A stretch of DNA of 64,000 nucleotides from Myxococcales bacterium. GTDB lineage: Bacteria > Myxococcota_A > UBA9042. The notes beneath the pieces are model-generated. The model did not search any database. It was not told the origin of the DNA and saw nothing but the letters and a program-made list of their open reading frames with translations. Position numbers and translations under genes: made by a program. Every line of letters begins with the position of its first letter. Within the stretch, counting starts at the first letter, position 1. The stretch lies in the NCBI GenBank assembly GCA_037441385.1, contig JBBISH010000005.1, forward strand, positions 32,001-96,000, read 5' to 3'. Of this stretch, positions 19,208 to 28,849 are shown piece after piece.

Positions 19208-21349
19208 CTACAGGCCGGCGGCCGGACCGGCGGCGGTCGGCGGCGCACCAAAGACGTGGTGATAGAGGCGGCGGGCGCGGTCGCGGTGCTGGGCGTCGCT
19301 GCGCGTCAGGTACGACGAGAGTTCGCGCTGACTGGCCACAAAGTCCTTGGCCTCGATGTCGAGCACGGCCAGGTGCAGCAGAGTCTCGGCCGGAGCCTGG
19401 GGCTCGCCGGCCAGTTCGCGCAGTTGGGTGCGCGCGCGGTCGCTGTGGCCGTTGTCGATGAGCTCGATCGCTGCGTGATAGCGCTGCAGCTGCGGCGAAG
19501 TGCTCTGGCTCGAGCTGTGCGGAATCACCAACCACACGACAACCGAGAGCGCGAGCACGGCTGCCACCACCCACGGCCAATTCTTGGGCTTGAGGAGAGG
19601 ATTTTGCTTGGGCGCTGGCGGCTCGGGCGTCTCTTCGTCCAACTGTGCCGTGGGAATCCACGCATAGGGTCGCTCGCTGCCGCGCAGGTCGCCGGGACCC
19701 GGCTGGGCACTCGAGATCCTTGCGCCCGCCGCCGGGCCTGCCACCAGGCGGTCGCCATCCATGTTTCGGTCGACGACGCGCACACTGGAGTGGGCGCGGC
19801 GCCCATCCATGGTCGGGGGTACCTCGGCTTCGTTGGCCTCGCCCGAGGCGACGCCGAACCAACCCGTCACCGGACCTGGTTTGCGCGCGCTGGCCGTTGC
19901 CAAGAGCGACGAGGCTGGGCGGCTGCGCAGCACCGTCTCGGGCTGGATTCCCCGTACCGTGGTGGCGTCTTGCGAGAAGTCGCCCGAGGCGTGCCGCCGA
20001 CCTGGCAGCGAGTCGGGGATCCGGTCGCCTTGGGGTGCCGGCGTGTATTGCGGAGTGACGGGCTTGTAGTTGGGCGTGGCGAACGCCGCGGTCGGGTCGG
20101 CCGGTACCGGGGCAGCCGTCGTTCCGTGCGGCGCCGTTGTGCGGACGGCGCTTCCAGGAGCGGCCGCGGGGCCCGGCAGATCCGGCACCGCGGATTCGGC
20201 GGCGGTGGGGGGCACCGGGTCGGTCACGCGGTACAAGTTGGTGCTGGGGTGCGAGTGCTTGCGTTCAGGGAGCTGCGCCCCTTGAATCATCGCGGTTTGC
20301 GCGGTCTCGAACCCGCCGGACGCCCCCGGCCGCCGCATGCCGGCCAGCAAGCTGGTAGGGGGGGCGACTTCTGGCGCCGCCGCGACCTTGGAGGCGGGTT
20401 CGACCAGCGGCACCACGGCGCCGCGCTTGATGCGTGCCTCTAGGGCTGCAAAGGCCTCGAGTTCGTCGTCGCCCTCGCCGGCGATCGCGTCGCCCAGAGT
20501 CAGACCCGTGGCGATGCGGCGAAACAGTGCTTCGGCCACCACCGGCAGGGGGCGGACCCGCTCCCATCGCACCGTGCAGACGCTGTCCAAGTACGGGAGG
20601 TTCAGGCGGGCTTCGTCGACGCGGCGTGCGTACTCTTGCGCCACCGCGAGCAAGGCGAGCGAAGAGCCGGCGAGGCTGGGTTGGCCGCCCCAGGCGGTCG
20701 CGTCCAGCGCAAAGCTGCCGTGCTTCCAGGTCGCGATCCGTTCAAGGGCGTGGCGGCCGGCGGCATCGTCGACCTCGGCGTGGACCAGCACACCTTCGAC
20801 CAGCGCGACCATGCCCTGACGATCGCCCGAGGACAAGTGGATGGTGGCGGTGCGCCCGGCGCCGGGGCGCGGGATGCGATCGATCAGCCCGCCCAACAGG
20901 TCTAGAAGATTCTCGTTTTGCAGATCGCCGGTGCGCAGCTCGCGCGACACGGACGAGGGACGCTCGGCGGCGGCAGACACCAGATCAACAAGATCTTCGG
21001 CGGTTACTGGGCGTACCGCGACGCCAGCCCAGCCGTTGCTGTCGATGTACTTGGCTGCCGTATCCCGCTGACTGCGCAGCACCACCGCGACAAAGGCCGG
21101 GGCCGGCGGCACGCTCTGCAGCGACTCCCATAGCCCAACCGCCTGAGATAGCTCACGAAACGCGGCAACCACCACGACGGCGTGGGTAGCCTGCCCGTGC
21201 AATTCGGCGATCTGTTGCACCGCCGCCGCGGCATCGCGCACAGCATGGGCCGGCGCGCCCGCCTGGACCAAATCCAACGCGAGCATCCCCGCTTCGATAG
21301 GATCATCAGCAACGACGATAACTTGCAGATTGGATGGAAGCGGCGACAT
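19208..21349 (-). CDS. Degenerate receiver plus DUF4388 domain membrane protein with Pro-rich linker and C-terminal TPR-like region
   Basis: N-terminal alpha/beta receiver-like region; DUF4388-like GDL....LLDLL..TATIHL..GMVALVEGVLVHA..GRHALERIATWKHGSF; TM WVVAAVLALSVVVWLVI; helical C-terminus. Confidence 0.65.
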   Translation of the reverse strand: MSPLPSNLQVIVVADDPIEAGMLALDLVQAGAPAHAVRDAAAAVQQIAELHGQATHAVVVVAAFRELSQAVGLWESLQSVPPAPAFVAVVLRSQRDTAAKYIDSNGWAGVAVRPVTAEDLVDLVSAAAERPSSVSRELRTGDLQNENLLDLLGGLIDRIPRPGAGRTATIHLSSGDRQGMVALVEGVLVHAEVDDAAGRHALERIATWKHGSFALDATAWGGQPSLAGSSLALLAVAQEYARRVDEARLNLPYLDSVCTVRWERVRPLPVVAEALFRRIATGLTLGDAIAGEGDDELEAFAALEARIKRGAVVPLVEPASKVAAAPEVAPPTSLLAGMRRPGASGGFETAQTAMIQGAQLPERKHSHPSTNLYRVTDPVPPTAAESAVPDLPGPAAAPGSAVRTTAPHGTTAAPVPADPTAAFATPNYKPVTPQYTPAPQGDRIPDSLPGRRHASGDFSQDATTVRGIQPETVLRSRPASSLLATASARKPGPVTGWFGVASGEANEAEVPPTMDGRRAHSSVRVVDRNMDGDRLVAGPAAGARISSAQPGPGDLRGSERPYAWIPTAQLDEETPEPPAPKQNPLLKPKNWPWVVAAVLALSVVVWLVIPHSSSQSTSPQLQRYHAAIELIDNGHSDRARTQLRELAGEPQAPAETLLHLAVLDIEAKDFVASQRELSSYLTRSDAQHRDRARRLYHHVFGAPPTAAGPAAGL

Positions 21350-21411
21350 CGCACCCGGACGGAGTTCCACACTCCGGGCGCGGATCATGCCCGAATTTGC
21401 AGCCCGGTGCA

Positions 21412-21454
21412 AAAACACCAAAACCGCGAGCGCAGCTAGGGCAACTCGCGGTTT
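21412..21454 (-). terminator. Probable intrinsic terminator of atpIBE
   Basis: AAACCGCGAG/CTCGCGGTTT stem followed on the minus strand by T-rich TGGTGTTTTT; a second hairpin at 21471-21515 precedes it. Confidence 0.55.
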
Positions 21455-21528
21455 GGTTTGGACGAAGCGCCGTCGAACCTAGATTCCGGCAACTGGGAGC
21501 CGGTCTGGTTCGACGCGGACCGCTTTGC

Positions 21529-21876
21529 TTACTTGACCAGCGTGTCGATCTTGCCCGACAGGATGAACGCGATCACCAGCGAGTAGATGACCAGCGATTC
21601 GATCAGCGCGAGCGAGAGGAGCAAGGGAGTGAACAGTTCCTTGCTGGCGGCGGGGTTGCGGCCGATGCCCTCGAGAGCGGCGGCGGCAGCCTTGCCCTGA
21701 CCCAGCGCGCCACCGATGGCGGCGAGGCCCAGGCCCAGACCAGCCGACAGCGCCAAAGCGGCGGCGACAGTCTCTTTGTTGTCGGCAGCGCCGCCATCAG
21801 CAAAGGCGGTGCTGGCGAACAGCAGCATGGTGGCGACGAACGTCAGGGCGGCCGTCAGATTGCGCTTGAACATCAT
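21529..21876 (-). CDS. atpE: ATP synthase F0 subunit c
   Basis: GLGLGLAAIGGALGQG, GRNP and ALIESLVIY motifs; GGAGG SD. Confidence 0.95.
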   Translation of the reverse strand: MMFKRNLTAALTFVATMLLFASTAFADGGAADNKETVAAALALSAGLGLGLAAIGGALGQGKAAAAALEGIGRNPAASKELFTPLLLSLALIESLVIYSLVIAFILSGKIDTLVK

Positions 21877-21946
21877 CAGAATCCTCCAGATACGGACGGC
21901 CGCAGCCGTCGCAGGGGTAGCCAGGCAGAGCCCTTCTGCCGTGCGT

Positions 21947-22987
21947 TTAGTGGTGGGAATGACCCTCACCGTGATCGTGACCATGGTCGTCGTGGACCGC
22001 GACGGCCATCGACAGGTACACCGTCGTCAGCAGCGTGAACACCACGGTCTGCACGACGACCACCACCATACCCAGCGCCATCACGGGCAACGGCACCAGG
22101 GGCAGGTGGAAGTTCAAGAAATTCTCCATGACCTTGTGGTCGCCGTACATGTTGCCCAGCAGACGCAGCGACAGCGACATGGGGCGCACACAGTGCGACA
22201 CGATCTCGATGATGACCATGAGCGGCGCCAGGAAGATCACCGGGCCGGCGAAGTGCTTGGCGTAGTTGACCACGCCCTGCACCCGGATGCCCGAGATGTG
22301 GGTGGCGAAGAACACCGTCAAGCCCATGACGATATTGGTGTTCAGGTTGTCCGTGGCCGGGTCACCCAGCGGCAGCAAGGCTAGGGCGTTCATGGTGAAG
22401 ATGTAGAGCGCCAGGGTCGCCACCAGCGGGAAGTGCCGGCGGGCTTCCACTTCGCCCATCATACCTTTCATCATGTTCCAGACGGCGCCGATGACGTACT
22501 CGAAGAACAGCGTCATGCCGATCTTGCGCTCGGGCAGCACGCCGACGTCGGGGTTGGCATTGAGCCGGCCGCGCACGGCAAACGCGCCGCCCAGCAGGAT
22601 CAGCACGGCGATGAAGGCGAAGAACACGTGGGTGACGTGGCCGTCGGTCGAGAAGGGCTGGCCGTCGATGAGCGTCTTTTCGAAGGCCGTGCCACGCAGG
22701 GCGTCTTCGATCTTGCCGCGCAGGGCCACAGTGCCGTCGTGCTCGGCGTTCTTGCCCAGGATCAGCGAGAGCACCGTAAAGGGCTCGGGGTGAGCGTGGC
22801 GGTGCTCGCCGTGGCCCGCCTGGTGGCCGCCTTGCTCGCCCGCTGCGTGCTCGGTGGCGGGGGCGCCATGCTCGGGCGCTTGTTCTGCGACCGCGAGTCC
22901 GCTGCCGAGCATCAGCGCGGTGGCCAGCAAGGGCGCGAGCCAGCGGCGCAGGCCAAAGAAGGTGCTAGTATTGAGCCGTTGCGTCAT
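21947..22987 (-). CDS. atpB: ATP synthase F0 subunit a (start uncertain)
   Basis: PATDNLNTN, IEIVSHCVRPMSLSLRLLGNM and VQTVVFTLLTTVYL motifs; His-rich N- and C-terminal segments. Confidence 0.95.
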   Translation of the reverse strand: MTQRLNTSTFFGLRRWLAPLLATALMLGSGLAVAEQAPEHGAPATEHAAGEQGGHQAGHGEHRHAHPEPFTVLSLILGKNAEHDGTVALRGKIEDALRGTAFEKTLIDGQPFSTDGHVTHVFFAFIAVLILLGGAFAVRGRLNANPDVGVLPERKIGMTLFFEYVIGAVWNMMKGMMGEVEARRHFPLVATLALYIFTMNALALLPLGDPATDNLNTNIVMGLTVFFATHISGIRVQGVVNYAKHFAGPVIFLAPLMVIIEIVSHCVRPMSLSLRLLGNMYGDHKVMENFLNFHLPLVPLPVMALGMVVVVVQTVVFTLLTTVYLSMAVAVHDDHGHDHGEGHSHH

Positions 22988-23006
22988 GGATGGCATCCCC
23001 AATCGC

Positions 23007-23396
23007 TCAAGGCTGCGAGGGCGGCGTAGCGCCCGGCGTGCGGGTTTGAAGGGTGGCGGCCAGGAGCAAGCCCAGCGGCGCCCCCGAGAATCCGACCAAG
23101 AAGCCGATGAGCGGCATGGGCACCAGGTAGATCGTCAAGCCCACCACTGCGCACAGCGCCGCGAGCTTGACAGCCAGCAGCAAAACCGCGCGGTTGCGAG
23201 CGCTGGGATCCCCTTCGACCAGGCGCTTGGCCACCCACGTCAACACCAGGATGTTCGCCGCACCGATCAGCGCACCCACCGCGATCGCCAGCGTCCAGCG
23301 CGGACCGCCCAACCAGCCGCCCAGCGACGCAAACAGCAGCGACGCCAGGACATGCTGGCGCAGTGTTGCGGGGAGGATGGTCTGCAGGTCGGGCAT
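23007..23396 (-). CDS. atpI: ATP synthase subunit I-like membrane protein
   Basis: Four hydrophobic helices (AIAVGALIGAANI..., KLAALCAVVG, IGFLVGF) directly upstream of atpB. Confidence 0.75.
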   Translation of the reverse strand: MPDLQTILPATLRQHVLASLLFASLGGWLGGPRWTLAIAVGALIGAANILVLTWVAKRLVEGDPSARNRAVLLLAVKLAALCAVVGLTIYLVPMPLIGFLVGFSGAPLGLLLAATLQTRTPGATPPSQP

Positions 23397-23959
23397 GGGA
23401 CTCGCGGGCTTGGGGTGGATGATCGCGGGCCGACCGCTGCGCTGGGCCTGGGCGGCGGCGGTGTTGATCGACGATGACCAGAATAAGTGTAGAGGTCTTG
23501 CGTAGTTGCGTGGTCAGGTGATCAGCCGAGACACCCTTTGACGCCGCCAATCCGGCCGGAAACTTGCGGCGTCGTCACAACCCAGTCACCGGGTTTTGGC
23601 TGTTCAACTCCACAGAACTGCGCTTATTTTTCCTTGGCTGCCGGGGCAAACCCAGCTGCGCGCGGCCGGCTTCGTACCATGCAGACGCGGTGCGGTCAAG
23701 GTGCCGCGCCCGCCCCGATCCGCCGCCTTGGGCGCAACTCGGCGTTGCTGCGTTGCTACTCTTCATGCGGCGACTGCTAGGTCGCCTCAGTCGCTCCGCT
23801 TCTTGCGCCCTGATTTGCATCTCAAATCGGCGGCCGGGGCGAATTTCGGTGGTGGATCCTGGCCCGAGCGTTGAATCGCGGCGGCCGAAAATGCGTATAC
23901 TTGCGGTGCGCCAACTCGATGGAACCGGACCGCGAGCATCGGCGCCTTTGGAGGATCGG

Positions 23960-24982
23960 ATGTTCACCAGCGTCTCTTGGAACCCCCTGACCCGTCGGCC
24001 GGTAGCCTTGGCCGCCGTGTTGCTGCTTGCGAGCGTGCTGGGCGGCTGTGTGTCGCAGCAGACCGGCAAGTCTGGCCTGCTCAAGTTCACCTATGCGGCG
24101 GACGACGACGTGCTCGACTTCAACAAGCCCATCGCGGTGGGGGCCAAGCTGGACCTGGTGATTACCGCGGTAGACGGCGGCAAGGCCGCGACCGTGCAAG
24201 CTGCCACGTCGACGGACCCAACCTCGCTGTCCATCGTCGGGTTCTCGGGCAACAAGGTCACCGTGCAGTCCAACGCCGTGGGCAACGCCACCATCAACGT
24301 CAGCGCACGCACCTCGGCCGGCAAGGACGTGACCGATTCCATCGACATGCGCACCGGCAAAGCGCTGAGCGTCAAGCTCACCACGGGATGCGGCGGGACC
24401 GGGACGCCGCTCTACCTGACGGGGCGGAACATCTTTGTGCCGTACGATCTGTTCGGTGCCAACAATACCCCTGCGATTGGCTACGGTTACCACCCCTTGA
24501 CCATCGCGCCGGCGGCCGGCCTGGCCCTGGATGCGACGAGCACGGCTCAGTGGGCCTACGCGTACCGCACCGGCAACACGCCGGGCACGGTGACGCTGTC
24601 CAGCACCCTGGACAAGAACAGCTGGGCGCTGCAGTTGGTCGACGAAGGCGCGATCGACGGCGCCAAGCTGGATATGCCGACGAACACGCTGGTTTTGGCC
24701 GGGACCACCGCGATTGTCTACGCGCGGCCTACGGTGGGCGGCCAGCCGCTGTGCCAAGCCGACGCCACCTTTGCCGTCAAGACGCAGACGACAGACATTT
24801 GCGAGGTCAAAGCCGCCGGCCAGCAGCCCACTTCGCAGAGCATTGACGGTTGGAGCTTCGTCGAGGTCAAAGGACTGGCGGTGGGCGTGTGCAAGTTCGA
24901 CGTGACGTGGCAGAACGCCAAGGGCGGCGCCGGGATCACCCAGACTTTGCAGGTCGACGTGGGCAAGGTGCAAAAGCCCTGA
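23960..24982 (+). CDS. Hypothetical beta-rich (Ig-like) lipoprotein
   Basis: GGAGG SD; lipobox VLGG|C; Thr/Val/Gly-rich beta-strand pattern. Confidence 0.7.
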   Translation: MFTSVSWNPLTRRPVALAAVLLLASVLGGCVSQQTGKSGLLKFTYAADDDVLDFNKPIAVGAKLDLVITAVDGGKAATVQAATSTDPTSLSIVGFSGNKVTVQSNAVGNATINVSARTSAGKDVTDSIDMRTGKALSVKLTTGCGGTGTPLYLTGRNIFVPYDLFGANNTPAIGYGYHPLTIAPAAGLALDATSTAQWAYAYRTGNTPGTVTLSSTLDKNSWALQLVDEGAIDGAKLDMPTNTLVLAGTTAIVYARPTVGGQPLCQADATFAVKTQTTDICEVKAAGQQPTSQSIDGWSFVEVKGLAVGVCKFDVTWQNAKGGAGITQTLQVDVGKVQKP

Positions 24983-25046
24983 TGGCAGCCCCAGTTCGAG
25001 TCCAGGGAACTTCTCGGCGACGCTGACCGATTTCGATGGACGCCTG

Positions 25047-25730
25047 ATGATTCGCCTGCAGACGCCGCCCCTGGCTGGCAAGCCCCGTATCGATGAGTTG
25101 GAACTCTGGTGTCGCAGCCAGGGGTTGTGGCCTGTGCTGGGAACCGACGAGGTCGGGCGCGGACCGCTGGCGGGGCCGGTGGTGGCGGCGGCGGTCGTGC
25201 TGGGCGACGAGGTGCCGCCGGGGCTGAACGACAGCAAGAAACTGTCTGAGATGGCACGTGAAAGGCTGGTTCCCCAGATCGAGGCCAGCGCGCTGGCCTG
25301 GGCGATCGAGCCGGCGTGGCCCGCCGAGATCGACGAAAAGAACATCCTGGGCGCGTCGCTGGCGGCGATGCAGCGCGCCTGTGACCGTGTTATCGCGGAC
25401 CTGGAAGAGCGCGGGCTGGAACTGCCGGCCGTCTTGCTGATCGACGGCAATCAGCCGCTGCGGCAGTGGCAGGTGTCGGCGCAGGCGACGGCGGTGCAGG
25501 GCGACGGGCGTTCGCTGGCCATCGCCGCGGCGTCGGTGTTGGCCAAGGTGTGGCGCGACCGCCACATGGTCGAGGCCGAAAGCCACTATCCCGGCTACGG
25601 TTTCGCGCAGCACAAAGGCTACCCCACGCCGGTGCATCTGGCGGCGCTGCAGAAGCTGGGACCGTGTCCGCTGCACCGCCGCTCTTTTGCGCCGGTGCGG
25701 CAGCAGGGGCTGTTTGGCGATGGCGCCTGA
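25047..25730 (+). CDS. rnhB: Ribonuclease HII
   Basis: GTDEVGRGPLAGPVVAAAV, DSKKL, IAAASVLAKV.RD, HKGYPT and HRRSFAP motifs. Confidence 0.96.
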   Translation: MIRLQTPPLAGKPRIDELELWCRSQGLWPVLGTDEVGRGPLAGPVVAAAVVLGDEVPPGLNDSKKLSEMARERLVPQIEASALAWAIEPAWPAEIDEKNILGASLAAMQRACDRVIADLEERGLELPAVLLIDGNQPLRQWQVSAQATAVQGDGRSLAIAAASVLAKVWRDRHMVEAESHYPGYGFAQHKGYPTPVHLAALQKLGPCPLHRRSFAPVRQQGLFGDGA

Positions 25731-26121
25731 GGTTTCGCCGAGCCGGGCGCGCAAGCTCGCCGATCACGAAACCGGTCGCCGCGGTGAAGAGCTGGCCCTG
25801 CAGGTGGCGCGCGCGCGCGGCTGGCAGCCGTGGCAGCGGCAAGTCCGCGAGGGCAGGACCGAAATTGACTTGGCGCTGGTTCGCGACGAGGCGGACGGCC
25901 GGCACCTGTTGCTGATCGAGGTCAAGACCACCCGCGGCGCCGGCATCGATCACGCGCTGCGCTGGGGCCCGGCCCAACGGCGGCGGCTGTGGCGTGCGGC
26001 GGAACCGCTGATGCGGCAAGCCAATGCCTGCGAAGTATCCGTGGCGCTGGTGTTGGTGCGGCTGGCGCGCGATCACCACACCTTGACGTGGCTGGACGCG
26101 CCGCCCGACCTGGGCTTCTAA
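25720..26121 (+). CDS. yraN: YraN family protein
   Basis: GRRGEELA, EIDLAL and IEVKT motifs; in the usual position after rnhB. Confidence 0.8.
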   Translation: MAPEVSPSRARKLADHETGRRGEELALQVARARGWQPWQRQVREGRTEIDLALVRDEADGRHLLLIEVKTTRGAGIDHALRWGPAQRRRLWRAAEPLMRQANACEVSVALVLVRLARDHHTLTWLDAPPDLGF

Positions 26122-26151
26122 GCGCGCCGCCTTCGCGGTAGCCTGACGACC

Positions 26152-26769
26152 ATGCGCATCCTGGTCGAAACTCCTGAATTCTTCGCCATCGACAAGCCCG
26201 CGGGCCTACCGACCATCCCGGATCGGATGGGCTCGGCCAGCGTCCACAACCTTTTTGAGGCGGAAGTGGGGCAGAAGCTCTGGATCGTGCACCGGCTGGA
26301 CCGCGAAGTGACCGGGGTTCTGCTCTTTGCCCGCACGGCCGACAGCCATCGGGCGCTGTCGCTCGCGTTCGAGCACGGCCGGGCTCACAAGACCTACCAG
26401 GCCTGGACCAGCGGCTTGGAGCCGGATCAGCGGCAGTTTCGCTGGCAGGACAAGCTGTTGCGTGGCAAGAAGCGGGCCTATGCCCACCCGGCGGGCAAGG
26501 ATGCGATCACGCTGGCCGAATTCAGCGGGCCGGCGCCGCAGCCGGGTCTGTGGCAGTGGCAGCTGCAGCCGCTGACGGGGCGAAATCATCAACTGCGGGT
26601 GCACCTTGCCTCGCGCGGCTGGCCGATTGCCGGCGATCTGCTCTACGGCAGCCCGGTAACCTGGCGTCCGGGCGAAATCGCTTTGCGCGCCGTGCGTTTG
26701 CAGCTGGAGCCGGCGGTGCTTGGCCGGCCGATCGCCGTCGAAGCGGGGCCGATCGAAAGTTTTTCTTGA
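26152..26769 (+). CDS. RluA family pseudouridine synthase (catalytic domain only)
   Basis: [26 protein letters not shown] and GDLLYG motifs. Confidence 0.92.
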   Translation: MRILVETPEFFAIDKPAGLPTIPDRMGSASVHNLFEAEVGQKLWIVHRLDREVTGVLLFARTADSHRALSLAFEHGRAHKTYQAWTSGLEPDQRQFRWQDKLLRGKKRAYAHPAGKDAITLAEFSGPAPQPGLWQWQLQPLTGRNHQLRVHLASRGWPIAGDLLYGSPVTWRPGEIALRAVRLQLEPAVLGRPIAVEAGPIESFS

Positions 26770-26786
26770 CAGCCGCCGTTGGATAC

Positions 26787-26802
26787 CTGAACATCTGTCC
26801 AG
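26787..26802. promoter_or_regulatory. Putative LexA operator (SOS box) upstream of recA
   Basis: CTGAACATCTGTCCAG covers the expected -10 position of a promoter whose -35 is TTGACA (26766-26771). Confidence 0.75.
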
Positions 26803-26823
26803 TTGTCGGGCCGTGAGTCCGAG

Positions 26824-26926
<103 letters not shown>

Positions 26927-26959
26927 CTTACTCATCCATCGTTGTCTACAGGAGTCACC

Positions 26960-28057
<1,098 letters not shown>

Positions 28058-28177
28058 GCTCCGGGTGGCCGCGCGACCTCGCGCGAAATCGACGTAGTTT
28101 TCGCTAGTAGAAAATGCCCTGCATCTTGTGGCAGGCTCCGCCGGTCCGCACCTACCTCGACGGACCCGGAGTTGCCC

Positions 28178-28837
28178 ATGTCGCCCAAGCCGTATCAGAA
28201 GAACCCTGCCGCGCCCGCCGCCTCGGCCGACAAGGCCGCGAGCAAACCGACCTCGAAGCCTGCGGGCAGTTCGGCTGGCAAGCCCGCGCCCAAGCCTGCG
28301 AAGCCCGCCGCCAAAGCGCCGCTCAAGCGAGCGCCGGCCCATGAAGGGTGGTTGGCCACGGTGCTCGGCTTCCTGGACGCCGACGGTTGGCCGCACGAGA
28401 CGGCCGAGGACGGGACCGCCGTCCTCACAGGGTACCAAGGCGAGAACGGCGTGTTGGCGCTGACGATCGAAGTTGAAGAAAGTGTCGGGCTTTTGGTGGC
28501 TCACGCCGTCTTGCCGGTCGGCTTTGGTCCGGCCGAGGGCGAAGAGAGCGACGAAGTTCCCGAGGGCGCTGAAGAAGCTGTGTCGGCAGTCGCCGAGCTG
28601 TGTCTGCGGCTGAACGCGGGCCTGCCAGTCGGCAGCTTCGACTTCGATCTGGACCAGACCGAACTGCGCTTCCGCATCGGTTTCTTGTTCGACGGCGTGG
28701 ATCCCCAGCCGCAGATCGTCCGCAACGCCCTGTATACGGTGGTGGATTCGGCCGACCGCTACTTGCCGCTGCTCGCGGCCGTCGCTTCGGGCCAGGCCGA
28801 CGTCGAGAGCGCGATGGACATGCTCAACGAAGAATAG
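28178..28837 (+). CDS. YbjN domain protein with Pro/Ala/Lys-rich N-terminal tail
   Basis: FLDADGW..YQGENG..AVAELCLRLNAGLPVGSFDFDLDQTELRFR..ADRYLP pattern. Confidence 0.75.
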   Translation: MSPKPYQKNPAAPAASADKAASKPTSKPAGSSAGKPAPKPAKPAAKAPLKRAPAHEGWLATVLGFLDADGWPHETAEDGTAVLTGYQGENGVLALTIEVEESVGLLVAHAVLPVGFGPAEGEESDEVPEGAEEAVSAVAELCLRLNAGLPVGSFDFDLDQTELRFRIGFLFDGVDPQPQIVRNALYTVVDSADRYLPLLAAVASGQADVESAMDMLNEE

Positions 28838-28849
28838 CTCAAAGGTCGC

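Noticed and set aside
23640..23700. GGGCAAACC as part of a c-di-GMP-I (GEMM) riboswitch
   Set aside because: The downstream GNRA-loop stem and GACGCAAAG-like segment are absent.
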